In this document: in pieces, positions 25,501-37,500 of the stretch | Position numbering within the stretch: position 1 is the first letter of the stretch | How the letters are laid out: each line of letters opens with the position of its first letter | DNA from: Phoronis australis | Lineage: Eukaryota; Animalia; Phoronida | Length of the DNA stretch: 64,000 bases | Assembly: GCA_002633005.1 (NCBI GenBank) | Contig: NMRA01000378.1 | Location: 301,329-365,328 of the forward strand | Direction: 5' to 3' | The notes under the pieces: generated by a model | Seen by the model: only the letters and a program-made list of their open reading frames with translations | Told to the model about the DNA's origin: nothing | The model's database searches: none | Position numbers and translations under genes: made by a program

Positions 25501-28500
25501 CTATCTCCTTTCAGAAAATATATTTTTAATGTTTGACACAGCAGTCTTTTCAATATCTGACTTACAGTTAAGGACGTTTAGAAGGTCCTAGATAACCATG
25601 AGGAAACTAGCAGGAGTCAACATTCAATTAAAGTTCAATTTAAGGAGAGGAAACCGATCAAGCTACTCGCGACTTTGAACTCCCATGTTAAAAGCTCACC
25701 ATTTGAGAAGTTGAGTCCCTTCTCAAATATACTCAAGTCTTCAAACTCCAAGCCCAGTCCTTGACTTGCACTTGTGGTGACTTCTTGGGAAATCTCTGGA
25801 CTTGATGGCTGAATACAATACAATACAATGCAATAACCATAGAACACAAGACAGTACAATGCAATAACAATACAACACAATTATACAATACCATACAATG
25901 TAATGCAATTCAATTAATACAACAGAACACAATACAATACAATGCAACAACGATAACGAATACAATAGAATGCTAGAAAATACAATGCAAAACAATACAA
26001 TATACTTCACTACAATATAGTACAATTGACGTATACAGTTGTCTTTTTCTTATGTATTACATTAATGATAAAGTAGTAGACCAGACCAAAGAGGGTTATT
26101 CAAGACATGTAAATTTTCAGTTCACTGCCTGACACCCCTTCTACTTAATATGCTAGTTCAAATTCAGGTTATAGGATGACAAATGTTCAGTGTATGCGGC
26201 AATACTTTGAAACCAGGCTGAGCACAGATATCAGTTTTGACCATTGTTGGCAAAGATAAGGGACAGTGAGCTGAGCAGCAGAGTAACCTATGGAAAGGAG
26301 GTGTCACCTGGGAAGGAATGGGATTGGGTGTCATCTGGGAAGGAATGGGATTGGTGCCACCTGGGAAGGAATGGGATTGGTGTCATCTGGGAAGGAATGG
26401 GATTGGTGTCATCTGGGAAGGAATGGGATTGGTGTCATCTGGGAAGGAATGGGATTGGTGTCATCTGGGAAGGAATGGGATTGGTGTCATCTGGGAAGGA
26501 ATGGGATTGGTGTCATCTGATAACTTCCCAGGGGGAAGGATTAGTGATGTGGGATTAGTAGTGTCTGAAGAGGGGTTAACTTGAGATTGTCGAGGTGTGG
26601 AAAGGAGGTGGGATAAATGGGGTGTTTGAAAAGGGGGTGGGAATTATGGGGTCTGAGACCTTCTGGGTTGCAAGAAATAATGCTGGATTGCATGAATGTA
26701 ACTGTTCTTTGAAAGTTTTAAGTCTGAAATGAGGTTTGTTGTACTCGCTCAAACACGAATAGTTTAATATGAACAAGAATGAACACTTAGCTAAGGTACC
26801 ATGAGAATGTCAAACACATAGATGCTCACTGGATTGAATTAAAAGTTTGAGAGCTTTCACTTTGATTTTCTAGTCATCAAAAGCAGACATAGCTGTGCAA
26901 AATTGGACTTACCTGTGGCAGTGACCACCACGTCAGCCTTCACAATTGTTTGCTTAGGTCCAAATCATAGCCAAGTTCACAGAACTGTTATCAAACACAG
27001 AACAGTCCCACACCTGCATGCTAAGCTAACCCTGCCCAACTCACCACAGTAGTTGCCAAAGCAACAGGTTGACTGACACCTTTCACTTCTTCACCATCAT
27101 CACTGACATCCTCCACATCCCCCAGTACCTGTACGCCTGCACCCTCCTCGTCATCATCATCCTCTGAGTCACCATCACCAGCTATTGTCTTATTTGTTCC
27201 ATCCACAACATTGACAGCGCCATCTACACTATCTTTGTCACTTACATAACCACTACTGACCGCGACTGGAATGTTAGACGTGACAGAGGTTGTTACCACA
27301 GCAACGGGATCTCTTGCCCCGGCAGCAGATTTTTCCCTGATCCTACTTGATGTCTCTTGCATAGATTCCTCATCACTGTCTGAATGACCTTCACTTTCAT
27401 AATCCTCATTATCTGATTGCACAATATTCCCATTACTAGAGTTTCTCTGCGACTCAGTCAGTGTCACGTGACCTATATTTGCGTGGGAGCCATTGTCAGA
27501 GTCTTTCCTAGTATTGCCTGCTGCCACCTGGTGGCCACTAGGCAGTATAGATGGCACTGGGTTATCCTCGTCATCACTTGACAGTTCAATATTGGAGCTG
27601 GCGAACACTGGCCTCTGGGTAGACACCACCACCTCATCTTCAGAATCCAGGTCGTCTTGGAAACCAGCAACCATGGGGTTCCCACCATCATCATCACTGA
27701 CAAAACAAGAATAAGGACATCATCAGACCATGTCATATACATGACATCAGCAGCTGTAACAGCTATCCCAACAAGAGCAACGCAGAGCGTTGAAATGCGC
27801 CCACATTTGCACCCTATACGGTATCCTTCTAGGGTTGTTTATTGGTACCATAAAGTGGCCAGTAGAGGGCATATATGTAGTATGTTGTACTTTGTAAAAT
27901 GGAAAGGCATGGTCATTGTCTCCTCAATAGGCTAGGGGCAAAATGTGAGTGTAAAAAATTAGAATTGCCACTAGGGGGCACACCGGTAGTCGGATCCGTC
28001 CGAAAGTTTGCACATGCCGTCCCATTCATGAATGGAACATATGTGTCAAATTTCATGAACGTATGTCAAAGGGTTTTGGAGATAAAGCAGTGGACACCGG
28101 ACGCCGCCCGGACGGACGGACGGACAAACGGAGATGACGGCATAATGCGTCCACATATATATATGTGGGCGCATAAAACTGACAACTGTAAGTTGTTAAC
28201 ACAGGAGCCTCACTATTGTCTTTCAATACTTTACGTCCACCAGGGGTTTTGTATCGAAAGGAGCTGACACATTGCGCTATTGGCCAATTTAACGCCTCGT
28301 GATTTCTCAAAAGAAGAACAATGAGGAATGGTCATATGCACGCACGTGTGTATCACTAATGGTATGTTTGTAGGAGTGTTATTGGGCATCATAGAAATGG
28401 CAATTAAATGGCCAGTCCAAAAATGGGAAGGCGTTGTCATTTCCTTAATGAAAAATTGCTTTACAAATTTCTCGAAAATCTGCCTTGGAACTCTAAAAAT

Positions 28501-31500
28501 AAAAATTGTCATTAGGAGGTGGAGTAGTCTGATCCATCCATGAGTTAAAAGTTTATAGGAATACACTTGCCAAATTCCCATAAGGGATTTAGAACTATAG
28601 CCGAAAATGCAAAGAACAATGCTGAGTGTTGAAATACCCCTCCGACTGCGCCGTGGACGGATTAAGTCATTTAAGGGCGTTGATAAGTGTCACAAAAATG
28701 GCCATTAGGTGGCACAGTGTATATCCGACCTGTTCGAAAATGGGAAGGCATCGGCGTCTTCCAATTAGGAAAGTACACGCAAATTCATCAAAGAACCCAA
28801 CGATTACAAATCCAATCAAGAAAAAACAAACTGCCATTAGGAGGCAAAGCCATAATCCAATATGTCCATCTGTTGTCACGGTAGTACAGAAACACCTGCC
28901 AAACTTCCAAAACTACTTGCAAGGGGGTTCAGGAGATACAGCCACAGAAGCTAACAATATCGCAAGGACACAAATACTGACCCATCTAAACCCAGGTCAG
29001 TCTTGCTCATCAGTAGAATGACACCTATCGATTTTCACGATGAAGCTCTGAGTGGTTTGGTGAATACATAACTTGTAACGACCCTGCACAGAATGAAGGA
29101 AATACAGCTGTGGATGCGAAAACCATGAGGCACCCGGGAAATCAGGCCCATCCAAAAATCATCAACCATGGCCCTCTCTCTGTGTTTCATAATAATCTTT
29201 TGAGTGGTTTGGTAGATAAGTGGCAAATGCCAAAACCAGATTCAAAATAATAAAAATGACCACCAGGTGGCACAGATGACGATGAATTCATCCCAAAATG
29301 GAAAGACGTCACCGTATCTTTACTACTAACCTATTTGTCAAATTTAAAAAACCCACTGAAATCCAAAAGATACACTGGAAAATGTAACAAATACACTGCC
29401 ACTAGGGGGCACATCAGTAGTCTGATTGGTCTCAAAATCTCACTAATAGTGCTGTAGGGACACGTCTACCAAAGTAAACAAACGGTTTCCACAAATAAGC
29501 ACACACACATGCAGAACAATGCGGTTTGTCTGCAAGATTTCACACTTGGAATGACATGGATATAGTCGCATGCGCCTACCAGTAAATTCTATGCCAGTAG
29601 TGCAACAGACATACTTATACAGAAAACTACTGAACCATTTCATCTCATATAGCACTTGGCGTCAATGACACTCTGGTCATGCTTAAACACATACAAAGTA
29701 GTACTAAAACCAATAGCTTTATTTTTAAGAAAGCCTTCAGCATGGATCGCTGATAATGTAACAGTTGGTATATACCGCACAAATATCCCGCACAAGTGCT
29801 GCACATGGGCTCGGAAATTTGGTGAATGTTCTCAATAGCCGGTTCATACAGCCACAGATCAAAAAATATAATCACCACCAGAGGTCGTTGATCTCGTTCA
29901 AATATCTAGCCATGGCCTCCCCATCAGAAACATATCTGCTCTTTGTCATAATGATCCTTCGAGCATTTTAGCAGATACAGGTGGACAACACCAAAAAACC
30001 TCAAAAATGACCACTAGGTGGCGAAGAATACAACACATTTGAAAATTAAAAGGCATCATTATCTCCTTAATAATAAATACAGAGACAAATCAAATGAAAT
30101 ATAGTTACCACAAGAGGTACAGCAGTCCCTAGATCATCGTCATCTGCCATAAGCTTTACAAAAACAAATCTGTAAAATCTGTTTAAGACCCTGTGAGGTC
30201 ACGTCACTTAAACTTTAGTTTCAAAGCAAATTCACTCTACCTGTCTGACAACTGATCCGCATCCTTTGACTTTGTTGTTAAATCCTTTCCGTCATCAAGG
30301 AAACCAGCCTCCAGTCGTTCATTCGGTATGAACTCTTCAACACTCTTCACAGGAACATCTGGCTCTGATTTACTAACTGCTGGAGCTGAAAGGAGTGAAC
30401 ACACTGGTTGTATGGTCTCATTTGAGTTGGTCAGCATGTATATTACAGTTGACGTGTCATACAGAGTCTGTCAGTATTGCTCACAAGCACTATATCTATT
30501 TATAGTTGACGTGTCGCAATGTAGAGTTGAGGTGTCGTACTGTAAGAAGTGGACACCATGTATATTACAGTTGACACGTCATACTGAGTCTGTCAGTATT
30601 GCTCACAAGCACTATATCTATTTATAGTTGACGCGTCATAATATATAGTTGAGATGTCGTACTGTAAGAAGTGGACAGCATGTATATTACAGTTGACATG
30701 TCATACTGAGTATGTCAGTATTGCTCACAAGCACTCTATGCATCTATTGTTGACACGTCGCAATGTAAGATGTGATCACCATGTATATTACAGTTGACGT
30801 GTCATACTGAGTGTGCCAGTATTGCTCACAAGCACTCTATGTATCTATTGTTGACATGTCGCAATGTAAGATGTGGTCACGATGTATATTACAGTTGACG
30901 TGTCATACAGAGTCTGTCAGTATTGCTCACAAGCACTATATCTATTTATAGTTGACGTGTCATAATGTATAGTTGAGGTGTCGTACTGTAAGAAGTGGAC
31001 AGCATGTATATTACAGTTGACATGTCATACTGAGTATGTCAGTATTGCTCACAAGCACTCTATGCATCTATTGTTGACATGTCGCAATGTAAGAAGTGAA
31101 CAGCATATATATCACAGCTGATGTGTCATACTGAGTCTGTAACATTCCAGGAAAATAACATTTTCTTACAGACGCAAGTGCTACAAGTGTGACAATGTTT
31201 TCATTGGTATTTAAGTATATATTTTACAAAACTTCGCCTTCCTCACTATTGTGACCATACCTGACACGGGGTCAACCTTTTTCTCCTTGGACTTGAAGAA
31301 GCGTGACATGAATCCACCACTAGGTTTGTCCTCGACTTCACCGGTAGTCTGGCCTGACGGTGGCGCTACTGTCTGTGGAGGGGCTGACGGGGTGGCTGGA
31401 TGGATGCAAACGCATAATTAAAAATTTAAGAGTGAATGGTGAACAGAATTGATGAAAATGGCCACTTTGCAGTACAGAATACATCAAATCCAAACAAAGA

Positions 31501-34500
31501 TTGGAAGACAGCAATGTCTACTTATATGGAAAAAATAAAATTACCCATAGGGGGGAACAGCGGAACTCAAATACATCCAAAAATTATAGCAGTTCATTGC
31601 TACATCCATAGGAAAACAATTTCTAAATTTCACAGAGATCCAGCAAGGGGTTAAGGGAATGCAAAAAAGGAAAATGCAGTTAGGGGGTTCAAGAGAAATC
31701 AACCTCGTCTGAAAATCAACATCAGCTGTACCCTCCTTGGTAGGAATACATCTACCACTTTTCAAAATGCTGCAGGGTATGCAGTCAGATGCCAGATAAC
31801 TAACACAAAAAGCCACTAGATAAGGCAGAATATGTTAAAACTACCTAAAACAGAAAGACAAAATCTCATGAAAATCCACTGAGGAACTCCGAAGACAGAG
31901 ACCCAATCCCTTTAAGCTCCTTCAAAACTTTAGGGGATGCAGCACCGGATGTTGGACATGATGATGACAATATGCACTGGCATAATTTGTAGGTGCATAA
32001 AAGTTATTTGTGAAAAAAAAATTTTACATTACCACAGCCATAGATTTGTTCCATAGAAAAAACCTCAGATTTTCAAAGTGAACTGCCAAACTATGAATTC
32101 TTTCAAATAATGAAATCAGAGCTTACTTACAGAGCACAGTGGCTGGTGCCGCTGAAGCTGTGTTGACCTCTGTTACCACGGCGGCAGCAGCAGCTTCCTC
32201 TTCTTGTTTCCTCTTTGCTTCAGCCACGGCCTTTTCAGCCAACTTCTCTTGCTTCTGACGGTTTTTATTGTTTATCATGTCTATGAACCTGAAGTACAAC
32301 ACCATAAAATTCATAAAATACGGTCAACTCTCACCTGAACTTAACATAATACGATAGATAACTTAAACTCATTTCATAAAATTACCTTCAAGTTAATGCC
32401 GTGCCCGTTTCAAAATCTGCGGAGAGGCTACTACGCCATACAGATACATTATCACCATAACCAAGGCAGAGTGGTCATACAGAACTGCAGCATGCTACTT
32501 ATGATAATTACAAGCTAAAATAGCCACTAGGTGGTGCTGAATTCCCAGAACCTGTCCATAAAATTGTGGGAATATTTGGTCATCTTCCTCACAAAAACCT
32601 GTCAAACTTCGAGAAAATCTGTACTGGAAGCCCGAATGTTCAGAGGCAAACGTAAAAAAAAAATTTCCAATATGAGGCACAGCAGTGGCCAGGTCTGTCA
32701 TATTTCATAAAGAAACTGCAAGGGGTATAGGAAACACAGCTATGGACTCAAAAAACTGCCAGTAGGGGTCGCCACAATAGTTGGACCATCCAAAAATCAA
32801 AATCAGTTGCGCGGTTGTCAACAGTGAGGAAAATATTTGACAATTTTCTTCTCTGAGCAGTTTGGCAGATAAATAAACTGACCTCAAAACATTGGAAAAT
32901 AATAAAAATGGCCACAATGTGACGCAGAATACATTTAACTCAATCAAAAATCAAAACTAGAAAATTATTTATAATTAAATTTTAATTAAAATTTATTTAA
33001 ATTCCACACAACCACCAGTCAAATAACAGTCACAAGTCACAACACAGTCATCAATCACAACACAGTAACCAGTCACAACACAGTGACCAGTCACAAACAC
33101 AGTCACCAGTCACAACACAGTCACCAGTCACAACACAGTCACCAGTCACAACACAGTCAACAGTCACAAAACAGTCACCAGTCACACTAACTAACTGTGA
33201 ATGTAATTGTACATGGCTGTCACACCCATGTATTCATAGAACGGTACGCTCTGACCAACAAATCATAATCTGGTCACTTTACTGCTGGATTTAATCAACC
33301 ATAGACCCATACACCCTGACCTACACGTCATAGTTCTGTTCATCTGACTCTTCGTGTATTGTCAGTTCATCCAAAGTTGATGCTGTGTCAACACGGTTAG
33401 TCTCCAGCTGTTTTAGCAGAGTCTCCCTCTGTAACAACACGTAAGAGCAAGTTAAATATGTTGAGAGCATCGATGCTGGCACCTAGTGTTTAGGACTAAT
33501 ACTAATACTAAAACAAAGAAATTTGATTTATCAAGTCAGCACCTGTAATCTAAATGACATCCATGAAGTAAGGGGGTTGTGCAGGTAACAACCCAACATT
33601 CCCATTCTCAGTAAGCATTGAGTCCATAAGACCGACGCAAATCATCAATCAAGTGTTGAGCCCACAAGACCATCGCAAATCATCAAACAAGTGTTGAGCC
33701 CATAAGACCAACGCAAATCCTCAATCAAGTGTTGAGCCCAAGACTGACACGAACAAATCGTAAAATCTTAAATCCATCAATCCAGGTGTCCCATTTACAC
33801 CTTACGCGCTTTTTAAAGGAGACTGCGATTTTTAAGCTGCCCGACAGTTAAATGCATGACATTCTAATGCCTATTTTTTCATGTATCCCTGTAGTAATCA
33901 GCACAATCAAGAAGCAAGATAACTGCAGAGGGCGTATGGAATAGTCTATTTCAAGTGTTGACTTCATCAGACTGATATAACCATCCATCAAGCTGAGATC
34001 CAGGGAACCTATAGACCAAGTGTTGAACACAACGACAGAGCCTGTCAATCAAACAATGACATACTTGTAATTGAAGAAAAGGCACATTGAAGAACAGGTG
34101 AATGTATCTGAGACCAAAGCCATTCCTCATGGATGACTCAGCGTAGCGCACCTGAGCTGCATCTTCACCCCTAAAACAACAGAAACAAAAATCATGAGAC
34201 GAATTGAGATGCCAAACGTGATTAGAAACTATGACTGAATCACTAAAGGGAAAGCCAATAACCTCACAAAAAACACAGACATCATTTCAGCTTTGCATCT
34301 CAAGGAGGTGCTTTCTTCCTGTCAATGAGTTGATAGTTGAGAAAAGGGATCCTTGGCGTTAAATAGACAGCAGCAGTGATCTTAACTTTGAACAACAAGG
34401 GGTGATGTAGTCAAGTGCATACAATAAAACTGGTGTAACAATAAACTTGATTTTAAGTGACAATTGTGAACAGAACAGTTGTCCTACTTCAGCCACTAGG

Positions 34501-37500
34501 TGTCACTACGAGACAATTGGGAGTAATTAGAAATTCTACCCAAAAACGGGCCAATAAAATGGTTCATGCAACATTAAAGGTAGGCCTTATTTTGATCACT
34601 GGTCAATAAGGAAATAAAAAGTTCTTGGTGAATTCATAAATGATAGCGAGCTGAAACTTTGTAACTGGCTACGAAGGCTAAAAGAAGCAAGGTTTCCAAG
34701 AATGTACTTCAATGCTGAAAAAGTGATTAGTCCCACAAGCTTTCGAAAATTTTCTGACAATCCTGATTCAGCTTACTCAACACAGTAAAGCTTAGGCAAG
34801 TTTTGCCAAATTTAGAGTCAAACCTAATGTGAAAACTTTCTCGATGCTCATGTTCTTGACAGTGAGTTTGGTGAGAAAAGGTTTTAAGAGAAACGGGGTT
34901 ATGCGCAAAACGAGAGCATTAGATTTTGGCAATAATTCATTGTTAAATTGGAACACATCGTCTGAACACCCACCTGTCCAGATACTCAATGAAGTATTTG
35001 GCCATATCCTCATTTACAGTCCTGTGGTGACCCATATCACGGTGGTTGCCCAGCAACAAGACAGGGATGTGTGAAGGTATTTTGGGTAATTCACGCTCCA
35101 CGTAGTCATACGTCCTGAAATACGTAGACGTAATGGTTAGTAGTTACAGAAATCACGGCTTGGAATGACCAATGACAAAAAACGCGGAAATTTTTACGGC
35201 CCAAAACGTGACCGCAGCCAGCCTTGAAATAGTCGACGTGGGCCTTTTGCCGACAAAATCGAGAGGACTAAAAGCAAAAAACGGTACCACCTCCACAAGC
35301 GTGCGTCTGCGTCTTTTTAGCTCGTCCGCCACTCCCACCTTCACACATTTTTGCATGCAGTCGTAGTATTTGTCATCGTGGTTTACAATCACACGAGCCG
35401 CCATTGGGGAAATCCACCACGCTATCCCAGATGCCCCGTCAATGTTGACAATTTAAGTTCCTCCGAAAATAAAGAGCAACTTCCGCTTTTCGAGCTGAAA
35501 GTCGTCGGCAACGATGCGGTAAGAAAAAAATATGCCGCGAAAATTTTATATCAAATACGATTTTTTTCTGCGGAAATATGATAAAATACGCGGACAGAAC
35601 ATTTGTAAAAAGCGGAAATCCGCGTTTCCGCGGAGTATTCCAAGCCTTGATAAATCATAAACCAGGCAGAACAACTTTATGCCCTTCCGTCAACATGGTG
35701 TAAAATGTAGCGGTTTCAAATTAGGGATAGCCAACCCTACGAGATATCCGAGTAACCTACACTATTCTGAACCACCCTTCTGTAGATTTGATAATCTATT
35801 AGCAAAACCAGCCTTATCAACTGGTCTCTTTATACAATCCAGTAAACATAAGTTCACAATAACAATAAAACCTTGAGGTATGAACCAACCATTGTTTGGT
35901 GATGTCATAGACCATGATGACACCATTGGTTCCCTTGTAAACATCAACAAACTCAGCATCCAGACACGGCTCCTCCGTAGCAACCTGATCAACACAATAA
36001 AAAATCAATTAACAGTTAGTTGGGGCTGTAATGGGTGAATGAAAAAAGGGATCTGTGCTCCAAAGCTATCCATTCAGCTCCAGTACACAAATCTTTGTTT
36101 TCCGTGCAATTCTGATAAGTGCCACATAGCAACCAGGATGTGAACTAAATTGAAATTGCACCCAGTTAACTGAGAAAATAGGTTGTTGGTTACAACTTTT
36201 GATAAAATTGAAATTGCACCCAGTTAACTGAGAAAATAGGTTGTTGGTTACAACTTTTGATATAAAAATTATCATAAATAAACACAAAACTTTTAGCTGA
36301 AGAGTTAATCTACAAGGTCTATTTTCAAATTCAATAAATTTACACTTATATAAAAATAAAATTTTCATTAAACTTTAAAATAATCTAGGACTTCTATTTT
36401 TAGTCGATCTAAACTGGGGAGGGGGGAAATTCTTCAGTCTGCTTTTTACATGTGAAATTTAGTTAAACAAATTATGAGATTTATAACATCCGGTGCGCCA
36501 AGTTTCACAAACATGTCTATAAGAGTTCAATTATGTTTGAAGTAATTGTTTTATCTTTTAACCAGTGAGTGTTGGAAGCCATCTTAAACTTCTTTTACTT
36601 TCACTCTTTCAAATTGTCTGACTGGCGACATGGCTCATTATGAAAAGAGAGAAAGATGTGTATTGTCGATTATTCTTCTTTTCATATCAAATGTATCAAA
36701 GTTAAGTTCCGATAATAGTTTACGTCTTATTACAGATGTTTCTGTTAAGTGTTTCACTGTTATCCTAACATGTTTTTGCTACATTTTAATAGACCCAATC
36801 CAGAGTGCAATTTGTCTGTCATGGGTCATTCGGTGTTCAGTGCGATACTACTGTTCGTTTTAAATCACTTTAGGCGGGTACCTCAAAAATCTAGTCTAGC
36901 TCATTCCTGGCCCCTTTGTAAGGCCCTCAGGGATCACACCCAGAGTGCAGACAACGGCAGACGACCGTTTCTGTACACACTGCGGTAAACTCTAAATGCA
37001 CCCGTGGTCAGACATTGGTACCTCATTCATCTATGCTAAGTGCTCTGGGCTGCCTGTCTATTTCCTAGAGACAATCTTTCTCAATATTCAATGCAAATCC
37101 ACATTAAGTTACCTCTTCAGATGTCTCCAACTTGAGCCCTTCCACTTTCCGTTTCCTCCGACCCTTGTCTACTATGTCCCAGACTTCCACCTTGACAATG
37201 TCGTCAGTTGCCTTGTAGTTCCAGTGTATACTGGCCACCTGTAAATAGTACAATCAGGTGCAAGAAACAGTTCAGGTATCAGACCAACAAACTCAATCTA
37301 AACTTAAAGCAAACTTAAACCTGAAGCATGGTAGGCTATAGCCTTAGTACAAAGCTGTATACGAGGTTGGTAAGAAAATTGGTCAAACAAAGTCTGACAT
37401 AAAATTAAGTGTCATTCAAAACTGCGCTTTACTTGAGGAAACTAAATTATTTATCACTAGTATTGAAAACATTGGTGTTACATCATTTTCAACTGCTAAA

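Noticed and set aside
26244-26584. Repetitive ORFs ([15 protein letters not shown]) in three frames
   Set aside because: Artefact of a 26-bp unit with no stops on the + strand; the unit length is not a multiple of 3.
26830-26952. Two possible extra RABL6 mini-exons (26913-26952, 26830-26869)
   Set aside because: The flanking exons already join in phase 0, the intervening intron would be only about 43 nt, and there is no homology support.
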